Shown: piece by piece, positions 1-12,700 of the stretch
Layout of the letters: each line of letters starts with the position of its first letter
Numbering within the stretch: the first letter of the stretch is position 1
Assembly (NCBI GenBank): GCA_000004985.1
Contig: GG738923.1
Reading direction: 5' to 3' (one strand)
DNA length: 64,000 nt
From: Naegleria gruberi
Taxonomy: Eukaryota
Notes under the pieces: generated by a model
Told to the model about the DNA's origin: nothing
Databases searched by the model: none
The model's input: only the letters and a program-made list of their open reading frames with translations
Made by a program: the position numbers and the translations under genes

Positions 1-1287
1 AACCAAAGTATTGTTCATAGCTCGCCTTAAAGTTTCTACTATATTCCAATAGACCAGAAGCTTGAATATCAAAGCTGTAGGCCAATTTTGGAACAATATC
101 GACCCAGACAGGGATACCATAAATATTAAACTTGAAATTGATGGTTGAAAGTGTTGCTAGAATATCACCTTTAGAATAACTTAAACTTTTGCTTAAAGAT
201 GCTTTGAGTGTTGCATCACCTTCAATCTTACCACCAATCAATGCTTGTGCTTTAGTGATTGAGAGCCATGACCATTCAAATTCAACTCTAAACTCTGCAT
301 TCATGTAGACATAACACTTTTCACAAACAACCTTGAAATCTCCATAACTGGTTGAAGTTGAATAAAGAGGAAGAGATTCTTGTTTGACAGAACCTGTATT
401 GACATCATAGTTGAAACCAACAGCGTAGAGTCGTTGTGTCCATGAAGAACGAGAATTCTTCTTTGCATCAGTTGAGTAGAGGGAAGTGAAATTCTTGTCA
501 GTTTCTCTGGCAACAGGAGTTGACTTGTATGAAAGTTGACCATTCAAGAAGAGTTCGTTAGTCTTTAACATTCTAACATTGAAACTGATCTTGACCATTT
601 CTCCTTGTTCTAATAAGATTGATCTAGACAAGACAAGGAATGCGAGTTGATCTTCTTTGCCATATTGGTCAATTGTGGAGCTGCCAAAACAATTCCACTT
701 CTTACCAATAACCATACGAGTACCTGGAATCCACTTACGAGCAGTAAAGTGTCCATTAGCAAAATCAACTTGAATAGAACCATCTTCTTTACCACATTTG
801 ACATCCCATACACTTTCTTCTTGATCAAGAAAGGCGACACCTGTCAACATGTTTGCCTCAAAGGAATATGAATGAAGTGATCCATCTTGGATGAAGTTGG
901 CATGTTCATTCAATGATACATAATCTACACCTTCTACGAATAGCTTTCTAACATTTCTTATGTTAGAATTGGTTTCGTGTTGTTGGATTAGTTTTCTTGA
1001 AACAACTTCAGAGTGTGAATAGTGCTCAGTGGAGAAGGAGTATGGATCCTCTTCTCTTACACGATGCAATTGCTGAATAGTTTCGTATGGATGCATGGTT
1101 GGTGGTGTGAAAGGAATATTCTTTGACTTTCCAATAAGAATATTGAAAGAATCATCAGAATTGGAGGTTGTGCTTTCATGACTAAACATGCGCTTTCTTG
1201 CAAACTGAAGTGTTGTATCAGAGTGTACAACTCTCATACAAGCAGCCAAGCAAACAATGAATAGAACAAACACTATAGTTTTCATTG
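1..1287 (-). CDS. Secreted protein of unknown function, partial; the C-terminus runs off the window start. The N-terminus MKTIVFVLFIVCLAACMRVVHS is a signal peptide.
   Basis: An open frame runs on the minus strand from the ATG near 1285-1287 to position 1 with no stop. The first ~22 residues are hydrophobic. The shorter track ORFs in other frames (301..543, 610..840) are antisense artefacts. No homology recognised. Confidence 0.45.
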
Positions 1288-1690
1288 TTTAGGATTTTTT
1301 TGAGATGATGATTAAAGCAAAGCAAACTTTGCAACAATGGATAAAGATTCTATGAGTTTTGAATTCCTTACGCAAATATTTTGAATGGTCTTTACATTTT
1401 GTATGGAATGGTACAACAACTGAAGAATTGACAAAATTGATTGGCTGAAAAATTGTAAAGTGTTAAAGGTGATGGACGAATCAAGGGATTAAAGTACTTT
1501 TTTATCCTTAATTGCTCTTGTTTAGAGGGCAACAAGAACTGAAAATTTCTTTTTGTTCAAACTTGTCATCAATAGGATTTTTAAAAGTAAATTCTGTATA
1601 ACTCTACAATGTTAATCATTTTGTAAGAACCTGTAAAATGGATGTACTAAAAGGGGTAGTAATCGAACAATTTGAATAAGCTATGCTGAA

Positions 1691-2749
1691 TTATTCATCA
1701 ATTTCATCATCACTATCTGTTAACTCAGAAGTAGTAATGTATTCCTTCCATGAAAAATTTGAGAATTTCATATTCCAATCCTTTTGGTCTGGTTCTGTAA
1801 TAATTTTCAAATTATCTCCTTCCTTCACACTACAATTATAAATACTTGACATTGCATGATCATAACAATTATCAATTAAATAAAAATCATATCTATAATA
1901 GGTGATTTTGTAGAATTCATAAATAAATGTTGCAATTGAATGGGTGTTGATAAAACAATCCTTATTGACATCTATGTATTGATGTAATAGAAGAAGTTCA
2001 AGAGGGTTATCATTCAACGACAATCTTTGAACATAATCAAATCTCATTCGTTTAAATCCAAGCTTTAAATAAATCAATTGTCTCACTTTTGGATCCATTA
2101 CTTCATTTGGGGAATCAGAATGTTCACACTCAACAATAAATGAGAGAGGCAACTTGTACAGAGTTTCTGAAATATAATCATCCACATTCAGGCCATTAAC
2201 ATTCAAATATTTCATTTGAAGATTCAAAATTTCTCTATCTTTCTCATTCACTCGTTTCAGTAAAATTTCCAAATTTCTATTCAGAGATTCTTCTTTCAAA
2301 ATTTGTTTTGAATACTCCATTAGCTTGTTTGTCAATCTCTGCCCTCTGTAATTTTCATCCACAACTAAATAGCCCAATAATCCACAATTTGACATTGGAT
2401 AATACTCAATTGTGGCAGCTGCTGCAATAGTTCCATAATTATTACTTGTTTCTTGTTTGCACCCTAAATCTTCAAGAAATAAAAAGTGATGAAATCCACA
2501 AAAACCATCATTAAATGTCTTTTCTGATAATAAATAAATAAATTCCTCAAATTCTTCCAATTCTTCTTTCAGTGGAAAATTAGGAACCAACAATTCATCA
2601 TAGAATTTTTGTAATAATTCACGAATTTCCGGTTTAATTTCTTCTACATCTTGATAACGAGTAGTAGAGTGTTTTATTGTTGATTCTTCCGATGTGGTGA
2701 CAAAATACTCTTTGTGTGCATGATTTGTAAGGTGATGAAGTTTAAACAT
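1691..2749 (-). CDS. Hypothetical 352-aa protein; possible acyl-CoA N-acyltransferase-like fold (weak).
   Basis: Complete ATG-to-stop ORF on the minus strand with coding-like composition. The motif GYLVVDENYRGQRLTNKLM loosely resembles GNAT motif A but is not canonical. The C-terminus is acidic (DSDDEIDE). Confidence 0.4.
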   Translation of the reverse strand: MFKLHHLTNHAHKEYFVTTSEESTIKHSTTRYQDVEEIKPEIRELLQKFYDELLVPNFPLKEELEEFEEFIYLLSEKTFNDGFCGFHHFLFLEDLGCKQETSNNYGTIAAAATIEYYPMSNCGLLGYLVVDENYRGQRLTNKLMEYSKQILKEESLNRNLEILLKRVNEKDREILNLQMKYLNVNGLNVDDYISETLYKLPLSFIVECEHSDSPNEVMDPKVRQLIYLKLGFKRMRFDYVQRLSLNDNPLELLLLHQYIDVNKDCFINTHSIATFIYEFYKITYYRYDFYLIDNCYDHAMSSIYNCSVKEGDNLKIITEPDQKDWNMKFSNFSWKEYITTSELTDSDDEIDE

Positions 2750-2805
2750 TTTTTAATAATTAAAAAATTAAAAAGTATAGAATTGAAAAATTAATAAGAA
2801 ATTAT

Positions 2806-4086
2806 TTATTTACGTAAGTGTCTAGCACAGAATTGTTCCAATCTATCATAAGCTTCAACGAGGTCATTCTTAGATGGACAAGTAACAACTCTGAAAAAGT
2901 TCTTCATTCTGAAACATTGACCTGGTAACACGATGAGACTTTCTTCTTTCAATAAAAGTGAGGAGAATTCAACATCGTCATTGATTTGATCATCAAACAT
3001 GTCAATATCAATGCCAATCATACAATACATGGCACCTTGTGGTCTAATGGCTGAGAGTCCCTTAATATTTGAAATTCTTTCAGCTGTATAGTCTGAACTT
3101 TCTTTCAATGATCTATTGAGATTCTTATAGAAGGATGGTTCAACCTTTTCGAAAATATAAGGTAAAGCACCTTGTACGAGAGTATTGGCACCCAAAATTA
3201 ATGTAGTCAATCTTTGAATACCATCTCTGAGTTGATTCATGTAACCCATCTTGTCATAAATGATAATCCAACCAACTCTATAACCTGGAACAAGGAATTG
3301 CTTAGCAATACCACCAACACTCAAAATTGGAACAGTATCTGTCAATTCAGCCATGTGAATGAACTTTTCAGTTTCATCGAAAATCATGTCAGCATAAATT
3401 TCATCAGCAATAATTGGAAGTTTGAATTCTTCAGCAAAATTAATGATATCCTTCAAGTGAGCAGCATCATAGACAGAACCACATGGATTGGATGGATTAT
3501 TTACAAGAATAGCTCTAGTCTTTGATGTAACAAGTGATCTAGCATGTTCCAAGTCAACTTTCCAAGCATCATTTGACTTGAGATTATAATATTTGGCTTC
3601 AATACCTTTGCTACCGGCTAAAGTAGTATAGAGTGAAAAACCTGGTTGTGGAAGTAAAATTTCATCTCCTTCATTACACAATGCTTGAATGCAAATATCG
3701 AGAGCACCACTGGCACCACTACAAATAACGACATCCTATTGTTTGTTCATCAAATGATGCAAGTTCAACATCAACATCATGATATCATTATTAAAAGAGA
3801 AAGAACACTAATAAATACTTACAGACATCTTGACTGAATGATTCTTTAAACTATATCTTGTAGCAACTGCCTTTCTGGCATCATCTCTGCCCATTGATGG
3901 AGCATAACCATTACATTTGCCTTCTTGAACAGCTTTAATGATAGCTTCTTCGACCATCTTGTCTGTCTTTAAATTACCAAATACTGTTGGGTCACCAATA
4001 GAAAGTGAAAGTTTGCTCTTATTTGGATTCATATCTTCATCACGCAGTTTATCAACAATTTGTCGGATTGGATTCACAGTTCTCAT
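2806..4086 (-). CDS. TAT: Tyrosine aminotransferase (PLP-dependent class I aminotransferase). Two exons: 3823..4086 and 2806..3735, with an 87-nt intron 3736..3822 (GTAAGT...CAATAG).
   Basis: Exon 1 encodes MRTVNPIRQIVDKL...SLSIGDPTVFGNL, matching the TAT N-terminal region (FNPIRAIVD, SLSIGDPTVFGNL). Exon 2 encodes DVVICSGASGALDICIQAL...NNPSNPCGSVY...SVGGIAKQFLVPGYRVGW, aligning along its length with vertebrate TAT. The splice keeps the frame: MS then GTAAGT; the acceptor precedes GAT GTC. Confidence 0.85.
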
Positions 4087-4798
4087 CGAGGATTCTGATG
4101 GTTTAATAGACCATGATGATGATGTGGTGTAATTGCAGCATCTGTAGGCATTTGTTTACTTGTTTCTTCGTTAGTTGTAGTAATTGTTGTGGTTGTGATT
4201 GGGGTTGCGGAATTAATATTGGACAATGATGTATTATTCATGATGATTAGAGTGTTGTTGTTAGGGGGAAGTAAAATAAATTAATGGGGAGGTGAGAGTG
4301 CGCGCCGTATTGAATGAGCAAAATTGGGAAGGAAAACTTCGAGGTGGGTATTTGGGATTTTTTTTTGTAAACTCAGTCTCAGATTCATGCTTTGAATTGT
4401 TTGTTGAAGATTTTCCCGCTTTTTAACTGAGGACCTTGGTTTATATTTAGGTCAAATTGACTGGTAGTGATGGATATTCAAAATACAAGATGCATTGAAT
4501 TAAACGGTAAATTAAGAGTTTGAGGAAATTCGATTTGAAAATTCATATGTTCAATGTTCCGTAATAAGCGAATTTTTGAGGAAAGGTTTCTGAAATTAAT
4601 AGTGAACGACAGGAAACAGAATTAAGAGTCTGTAAAAAGATGAAATTTTTTTACTATTTCACAGAGCTTGAAGAAAGTTTAAATTGATGTTTTTCTCAAT
4701 ACAATTCGTTTTCTGTTAGATTCCATTTCTTTAAAATCTCTTCCAATTCCACTTTCTATGCAAATTGCTTTCCATTTACCATCAAATTTCACAAAAAA

Positions 4799-7700
4799 AT
4801 GGCGCAAGTTCTCATCCACACCAGCTGGCCATCAAATAGGCTATTTTTCTTCTGTGTGCTGATGATAACAATTATTTACTTGGCACAAAAAGCATCTCCT
4901 CTCGAATCAAGATTGGAAACTAATTGTCTTGATTGTACTGATAGTGCAATCGGAGGTGGAATTTGGTGTGCTATGGAGAATCGATGTGTTTCATCTGCCA
5001 GTGAATGTTATTCCTCTTTCTATTCAAAATTGAATTCTAATGATGATGGTAATAGATTGTCATTATCCGTGATGATGAATCGGATGAAATCTTTTGTGAA
5101 TATTCATCCTCAAGATGAGAATGAACAAATTTCCGTATTGAATACTAATGAAAATAGAGAAACAGAAGGAATACAAGATTGGAGTAACATGTTTTGGTTT
5201 CTGAAGAATTATACCATGATGAAGGTTGTGAGTAATGATACAGAAGAAGTGGATGAAGAATTTGATGAAGAAAAACATGAACCAATGGAATGGATATCGA
5301 GAATTCCACAACATTGCATGGATGGAGTGATTGACCATCCAAGAAAGTGTCCAAGATTTAATGGTAAGTTATTTAGAGTGAAGAAATGTTAAATATTTGA
5401 ATAGTTTCAATTGCTAGAGAATATTCTCGTTCAACGAGAAATTTAGTGGAACCTATTCCAATTCAACCACAATTGATTTTGGATTCTGTAGATTTATCAA
5501 TTAAGAATTCTATATATGGAAATACTAGTTATCAGGCATTTGTTGGTGCTTTCTTTCCAGATCAACAATTATTTAAAAAGCAAGGATATTTCTTTTCTTA
5601 TGAATTTCATGTTCAAAGAAAAGGAATATTTAAGGTAAAGAAGGGAAAAATTACATTTACTGATCTTTCAATTGCTGCCTCGACTAAGGAGAATCATAGA
5701 TTGGGATTTGGTGTGATGGTGGTGAGTGGATTGAATGGAAGTCTGACAACTGTAAATACCTCAATTCAGTGTGGATTTGTAACATCTTCAAAACCAATCT
5801 ATGTAGAATCTGTTACCATGTACTTTTTATTGAATCCTCATGTATTCGTAGCCCTTCCAATATTCCTTATTGCTATTTCATTAGTTTATATTCAAGTGAC
5901 TTGCTGCTCAAAGAAATATCACCTCAATGATGACATTATAGAGGCAGATACGATAGCTTTGGATGATGACTTACAAGAAGTACCAAAGAAGGAGAGTAGG
6001 ACCTTTTTCACATTGAATTCGAATAGAGATATGGAAGATAAACCATTACTGGGTAAAGCTGTCCAATTTTTCAAAAATTTAGCAATTCACATTGTTGAAT
6101 CAACAATTTCCTTGTTTAGCACCTCTGACAGCGAAATTGTAAGGAAATGTGGAACAGATGTCTATTACTTTTTATGGTTCCAAAAGTATCTCATTCTATT
6201 TGTTACAGTTTGTGGAGCCATCTCAATGATAATACTTTTGCCAATTTATATATTGAGCAAACAGTACGATTATTCATTTAGAGATTTTTCAATGACCACC
6301 ATTGCCTCTATTAACGTAAAGACCAGTATATTGACAATTTTATTTTTCATTATGAATGGTGTTATTCCAGTAATTGGATTTGGTTTATTGTGGAAGATTA
6401 GAAGACTTGCCAGACACATGATTAAGGCAAACAACAATTTTGGAAGCCTATACACTGTGATGATTTCAAATGTGGACAAGACTTTGAAAGATAAGGATAT
6501 TCTCTTACGTGAGTTGAGAGCCATGTTTGGAGATAACTCAATTGTTGATTGTCACATTTGTTTTGATTATTCAAAGATTAATGCACTGGAAAAGGATATT
6601 GAAATCTTGAAAACAAAATTGAGTCTTTTAGACGAGAATAGAAATGTTACTATTAATTACATCAAATCCCTCCATTCAAAACTTGTTAGAAACATGTCTT
6701 TACAGGAGTATTACACGAGTGAAATTGAAAAATCGGAAACCAAACTCTCTGAACTCAAGAAGGAAAATGAAATTTGTGGAACTGGTTTTGCCTTTGCAAC
6801 ATTTTCATCCCTTAAAATGGCTCAACAAGTTTGTGATGAATATGTTACTGACTTTATGGGTTTTATGGTCTCTAAAAAGTATATCCTAAACAAATTTGCA
6901 AGAATCAAGAGTTATCTAACAAATAGTCCAAGTGCTGTACCATCTATTAGAAATAGCTACAACTTTAAACCAGCATGTGAAGCTGTTGATGTAATGTATG
7001 ATAATTTGCAATGTACTACCTCAGAGAGAACTCTTACCAATATTGTTTCCAATGCTCTACTCACATTCATTTTGATTATTGCGTATGCTATTTTAATTTT
7101 CAATAGTTCAATTCCTTGGTACTTTAATCAAAATAAGTCGGAAGTTTATGATTTTGCAGACGGTTCAAAATACTCAACCAATACTATATTCAATTCACTT
7201 CTTGTGTTTTTTGAATTGACTCCTGAAATTATTTCACTCATCAACGAATCTATCAAACCAATTGTTGAAAAACTTGTTGCTTGGGAAAAACCTAAAACTA
7301 GAATGCATGAAAGGAAATCCATTCTCAGAAGAACTACCTACTTTTTCATTATGAGTACTATCATTTTCCCATATGCTTGGACTTATTACAAATCTGTTTG
7401 GAGAATATTTAAATCATTGCCTCCATTCAATAATGAGATTTACTTTTTCAATTTTATTGGAATTGAATTGATTATTACCACTTTGGTATTGGCATGTACT
7501 TCAAAAGGTTTGGATATGATTTTCACCTCAATTTCAATGCTGTATGATTATTGGAGGACTGGAGAATTACACAGACCTAAATTTGATTATGAAGCTGAGT
7601 ATAGCATCAAGATTACATTACTAATAATGTGCCTATTTTATGGAACTTGCATGCCACTAGTTTATATTGCAGTAGTTTTATACTTTATATTCACATATAT

Positions 7701-8292
7701 TGTTGAAAAGTATTTAATCATGTATTGGTATGAAAGATCAATTGAAAGTGATGGAAAGATTCTCAATACTGTTGCAGAAAATATTGGATTTTGCTTTATT
7801 CTTTCACCATTCTACATTATTGTCCTAATGCCAGTTCTACTGAGTAGAAAAATGACCTATTTGTTGGGTATTCCAATAGTAATTCTAATTATTATTGAGC
7901 TTTACTTTTTGATTAGAAAAACAGCTAATAAGGAAAGAGATGCTATCATTATCTCACTCAAGGAACGCTCAGAACAATCACACAAGAAAGAGGACATTGT
8001 TGAAGAATTGGACACCACTCCAACCAATAACACACCAACCAATATTCAAGACGCTTCAGAATATACACGTAAAAATATTGAGGAGGATCATGATTTTATC
8101 AAATTGGAACAAAATGATTGGTTTGAGCATTCACTCCAAGATAAAAGATATCCACCAACCTTTGATAAATTACACGAAATTCTCAACACTGAGGAAACGA
8201 GAATTTTTGAAGAAGATTTGAATTTGGATGTGAACAAATTGTCGAGACAGTATCGCCATCCTTATTTGAGAAAGTTACTGAGGTTTCAGTAG
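4799..8292 (+). CDS. Multi-pass membrane protein of the OSCA/TMEM63/CSC1-like cation channel type (three N-terminal TM helices, a cytosolic domain, then a 7-TM block). Two exons: 4799..5363 and 5492..8292, with a 128-nt intron 5364..5491 (GTAAGT...CTGTAG).
   Basis: Exon 1 (MAQVLIHTSWPSNRLFFFCVLMITIIYLA..., signal/TM plus a Cys-rich segment) ends in phase 1 at the donor GTAAGT. The acceptor at 5490-5491 joins in frame to DLSIKNSIYG.... The downstream 948-aa frame has many TM helices and a TVMISNVDKT...RELRAMFGDNSIVDCHICFDY segment resembling the OSCA cytosolic region. The family call is pattern-based only. Confidence 0.55.
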
Positions 8293-8575
8293 TCAATATT
8301 TAGTCATGATAAGTTGGTTTCTTGATATTTTTCTTTCTCTTTCTCATTCCATTCAATTATTCCAATTTCTTCTAATTTCCAAATAGTACAATTTAGGTTC
8401 TAATAAACATTATTCTAAAGTTTGTGATCTTTCCCTCAGTAACTTTCTCAAATACTGTAACTGTGCCACTCAATCCTTAGCCACATGTTATGGTACTTTA
8501 CCTTCCAGTAGTTCAGTTTGTATTGGTAAAAGAACATGCACAGCTCAATATATTTGCTCATGTTTCCTCCTCAAT
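8293..8575 (+). repeat. Left arm (copy A) of a ~280-bp inverted repeat, lying in the immediate 3' flank of the channel gene.
   Basis: 8293-8575 (agtcaatatttagtcatgataagttggtttcttgatattttt...ccacatgttatggtactttaccttccagtagttcagtttgtattggtaaaagaacatgcacagctcaatatatttgctcatgtttc) is the reverse complement of 13625-13905, with a ~75-nt indel near the inner end. Directly visible in the sequence. Confidence 0.7.
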
Positions 8576-8995
8576 TGCTATCAGATTTATTTGCGCAAAT
8601 ATTAATAAGTAACAATGACGATGGTAGTTGTTCCTCTACTTCATTATTAACAACAACTTGATGCTATTGTGTTTTTAACTTGGGTTATTAGTCCTTCTTC
8701 TTCTCCGTCACTCTCACAATCTTTTTCCTCCATACTATTTATGAATTTAGTAATATCATTAATACGTTGCATAATTGCAAGATGGTTACATTTTGATGTT
8801 GTAGTAGGTGAGGAATCAAAAGAAGGGGTATAATGAGGGAATGATGGTGATGGTGTGCATGACATTTTTTATGTTTCATTACCAACTTTCACGATTAAGG
8901 CCTTTCCATCAAGTACTGGAAGAACGCCTGCCTCCTTCCATGGTACACATTCTAAATGATTAAATTTTGATTCGTGCGAGCAAACATCTTGAGCT

Positions 8996-9425
8996 GTTAA
9001 CATGTTCCTTTACCACTACAAACTGACCTACTGGAAGGTGAAACACCAAAACATGTGCGAATAAGGATTGAGTGACGGTTACAGTACTATCATAAGTTAA
9101 TGAATTTGGATGTGAACAAGTTGTCGAGAGCGTATCGTCATCCTTTGTGAACAGTCAAATCATGATAACCAATAGGAAAATGTTTACCTGATGGAATCAA
9201 CCATGCTGAACAATTGTTCCAGATTGAAAGTTTTTCCAAATCTGTGATGATGATTTTAGTGAAAATATTGAATTTCACTAAAATATTACTAATATAATAA
9301 ATAACAATGATGATGGTTGGTAGTTGTTCCGATGATCATATATCTTCCTCAACCATTCGAGCCATTCGAGCAACAGCCAATCTTCCTCTTCTTCATTATT
9401 AACAACAACTTGATACTATTGTGAG
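8996..9425. repeat. Degenerate composite copy B of the same repeat family, including a pseudo-exon copied from the channel gene 3' end.
   Basis: 8996-9095 (catgttcctttaccactacaaactgacctactggaaggtgaaacaccaaaacatgtgcgaataaggattgagtgacggttacagta) is ~80% similar to 13660-13750, i.e. the orientation of copy C. 9098-9150 (gaatttggatgtgaacaagttgtcgagagcgtatcgtcatcc) copies the last ~17 codons of the channel gene (8216-8270). 9290-9425 is a direct copy of 8610-8680 with indels. Confidence 0.6.
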
Positions 9426-9777
9426 ATCTTGTGCATTTAGCACCTTATCAAATCCAAAAATCATTTTTTAATTAAATTATAAAAAATATCAAAATAACGA
9501 ATCCTTCATCATACTTTGATCATCATAATTATGAAAATAATTAGTACCAACAAGTGTATAGAATGTGAATGTTCAATCTCATCCTGCAACAAAATACATT
9601 GTAAACAACTCGATGGAAGGACACACTTGTTTGTGCTCCAAACAAAAATTTTCGTCCAGTATTAATAGATTGATGGTTGCTGCTGTATAAAAGGGACCAT
9701 AAACTCTCCATCAAAACAATAATCAAAGAAAAGCAATAACAATAATCAGTGTAAAGTTGTAGTACATTCAGTTGAAA

Positions 9778-12700
9778 ATGGGCAAGAGAAAAGCAAGTAG
9801 TAGTATTGGCAATAATGCAAAGACGGTCAAACTTTCTCAAGTAGTACCATCATCATTGCCTGTTCAAAATAGTTCCAATGACAAGGAGATTGTCTACCCT
9901 GCTAGTTTTAATTCTACTTCAGAATTAATGAAAAAGGTCAAGGTACTCTTTACTTCCAATCGTGACGAATGTGAGAAGGAATTATCAATTCTCAAAGAAA
10001 TTAAGGGAATGTTGGATAATGTCAAGGTGTCCTACTTTAAAAATATTACTAAAGGACATCCAATGAAATTAGCTGAAGAAAATCTTAATTCATGCATTGA
10101 CAAGATTAATCAAGTAATTGGTGTTGATGTTACTTTTGTTGGTAGTTCTGGTTTAGGTAAGAGTAGTCTTATCAATATGATTATTGGAGAACCAATTCTT
10201 CCTTGTGGTGATGACATTGGTCACATTACAAGATCAATCTTGGAATTATCTTATGCTAAGAACTATGAAGTAATAGTACAATATTGTAATGAGGAGGAAT
10301 TCAATAAGAGAAGAGCCCTAGCTCCAAAAGAGTTTGCTTCCATTACCTATGAAGAAAAGAAAGATTCTCATGAGACAGTAAATAGTGTCGGGGATATTAG
10401 AGAATTTCTTGATAAACAATTTAGGGAGATGAAAGACCTGGATTTGATCAAAGTTGACAAAATTCTAGGTAAATTACCTGTACAATTGTTACAAGACTTT
10501 AATTTAACTATTCGTGATACTCCAGGATATAAATCTGGTACATTTAGTAGAATTTATCAACATTTCATTGAAAAATCAATTACAAAGACTAATATGATTT
10601 TATTTTTCAGTGAAGGATGTAGGGGAGATGTTTCTACAAGTATATTTAGTGATTTTATTAATCCTATTTTAATGAAAGCTCACAAGAATCCACCATCAGT
10701 TAAAATGCTTATTGGAGGAAGAAATATCAGTGATGAAAAGGTTATGCAATTTAAAAAACTCAAAGAAAAAGTTTCACCAAACAAGATTGATTTTGCTAAA
10801 TTATTATCCATGTATACTGATATGGATCTTGAAGATGTAATTCAAAAGTTGGAACCATTTACTGTAGATTTACCAGTAAATGCTCAATTACCTACACTCC
10901 CTGTTGGTGAAGAGTTTAATATTAAGAACTTGAGAGAAGTTTGCATTTCAATTATTAATAGATTTAATACTCTTATTGTTCCTCATTTGGAATCAAATGA
11001 ATTTGAATCTCAAAAACAAGATTTTCTTGAAAATTTCATGCATGGGCTTGTTGAAGAACAAGGTAGAATCTTACATTCAGAGAGAAAGAATATTATTGAA
11101 ATTACTTGTGCACTTGTACCATTATTAATGTCAATTTGTGTTAATAACTTTTCAGAAAAGCAAACTCAATATTATTTAAGAAAGATTGAAAATGATTTAT
11201 GTGCCTATATGTATGATATTACTCAAAAATTCTCTGATATTGCTATTGAAGAATATAATAATGATTGTGCTATTGAATCTTATGATTTATATATGGATAA
11301 ATTAAGAAAGTCAATTTCCAAAAGACTTAAAGATACTATATCATTTCAAGGATTTAAGAAAATTGCTTTAAATGCCATTTCTGAAGTATCAGAAAATTAT
11401 CCATCAATCACTCTATCCCATAATAGAAAAACCCTTTTACTTTCTAATATTGAACAAGTTTTAACTAGTTGCAAACGAAATATTACAACAGTTTGCAAGC
11501 AATTGTATGAAAATTTGACTAGTAATCCAATTTTTAGAAAAGAGTTCCAAAAGAACACACATTTGAAACAACACACAAATATTAAGAATGAAATCAAGAC
11601 TAATATGATAGTACTGACTAATTTTTTCAATTCTTTATTTGATAAAAATAATAATGCTAAAGTTAATTTAATAGTTGAAACAAAATTCAAACTTACCGAA
11701 TTATTTGAACATTACAAACATGAAAGTCAAGATGATGAATATATCTATTCTATTAATTCAAACTTACCAATTCCATCAAAAGAATCTATTAATCATACAT
11801 TCAAACTCACTCTTCCAACTGAACCACTTAAATATTGGACAAATCATGATGAAAAAGAACCATGGAATCATCTCTCAAACTGTTTAGCTACTAATGACTC
11901 ATTATTGAAAGAGAAAATATTGAGAAATCCAAGTAAGATGAACAGAGAATTAATAGTTGATTTCAATGGTACTAGAATTGACTTTTCAAATCAAAACAAG
12001 ATTCAATTATATAATCTACCAGTGATTCATAATTTGAGTAAATTCCAAACATTATTTACTGGTAATGACGAATTTATTGCACCAATAATGATATTTGCCA
12101 AAGATGAAATCAAACAAAACTTGATTTGCAACACCCTTTCAAAGAATATCAATTCAGATAATTTTTTGGTATTTATATTTTGCCAAGAATCAAATTGGAG
12201 TTCTATTTCTAAACTCGTTAAAGATAATTCATCCTGTTATGTTATTAAGGTTAAGAGTAAGAAATTTAATAAGGGAATATTTGAAACATCAGCTTTAGAA
12301 ATTTCAAAGCATTACAATTTCCCTATTTATCATACAATGACACAATATACAGGAAGAGTTCAAGAATATGTCAGTGATCTCAAATCGTTCAAAACAGCTT
12401 CATTTACATTCATAAGATATTTACGTTTTTCTCAAATAACCATGAAGAAAGAACTATTAGAAATTGATGTAACAAACTTGAAGAAAAATATTGGACAATT
12501 CTTGGCTAGAGTGAGAATATTTATAACTAAACTCACAAGTAATGATTATCAGTGTTTTTTCGATGATACTTTTGAAACTTCTAACTTGATGAACAATAAT
12601 TCAGATTCAGAATCTTTCATGTTGAAATTGAGAGAATTAGATGAAGCAACTGGTACTTCCTTTGCTGAAGACTTTCTCAAAATTAGATTAGCCACAAATA

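Noticed and set aside
4087-4260. Possible alternative upstream start (MNNTSLSNINSATPITTTT...HHHHGLLNHQNPR) 5' of the TAT start codon
   Set aside because: It is in a different frame from the TAT exon 1 with no splice donor to connect it. The ATG at 4084-4086 is the first in-frame Met and matches the TAT N-terminus directly.
5063-5354. Two minus-strand ORFs (91 and 69 aa) inside exon 1 of the OSCA-like gene
   Set aside because: These are antisense or alternative-frame artefacts within a supported coding exon; they are hydrophobic and low-complexity with no start context.
9541-9840. 99-aa minus-strand ORF just upstream of the large GTPase start
   Set aside because: It lies in AT-rich intergenic/promoter sequence overlapping the GTPase 5' end. 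It has no coding periodicity or homology.
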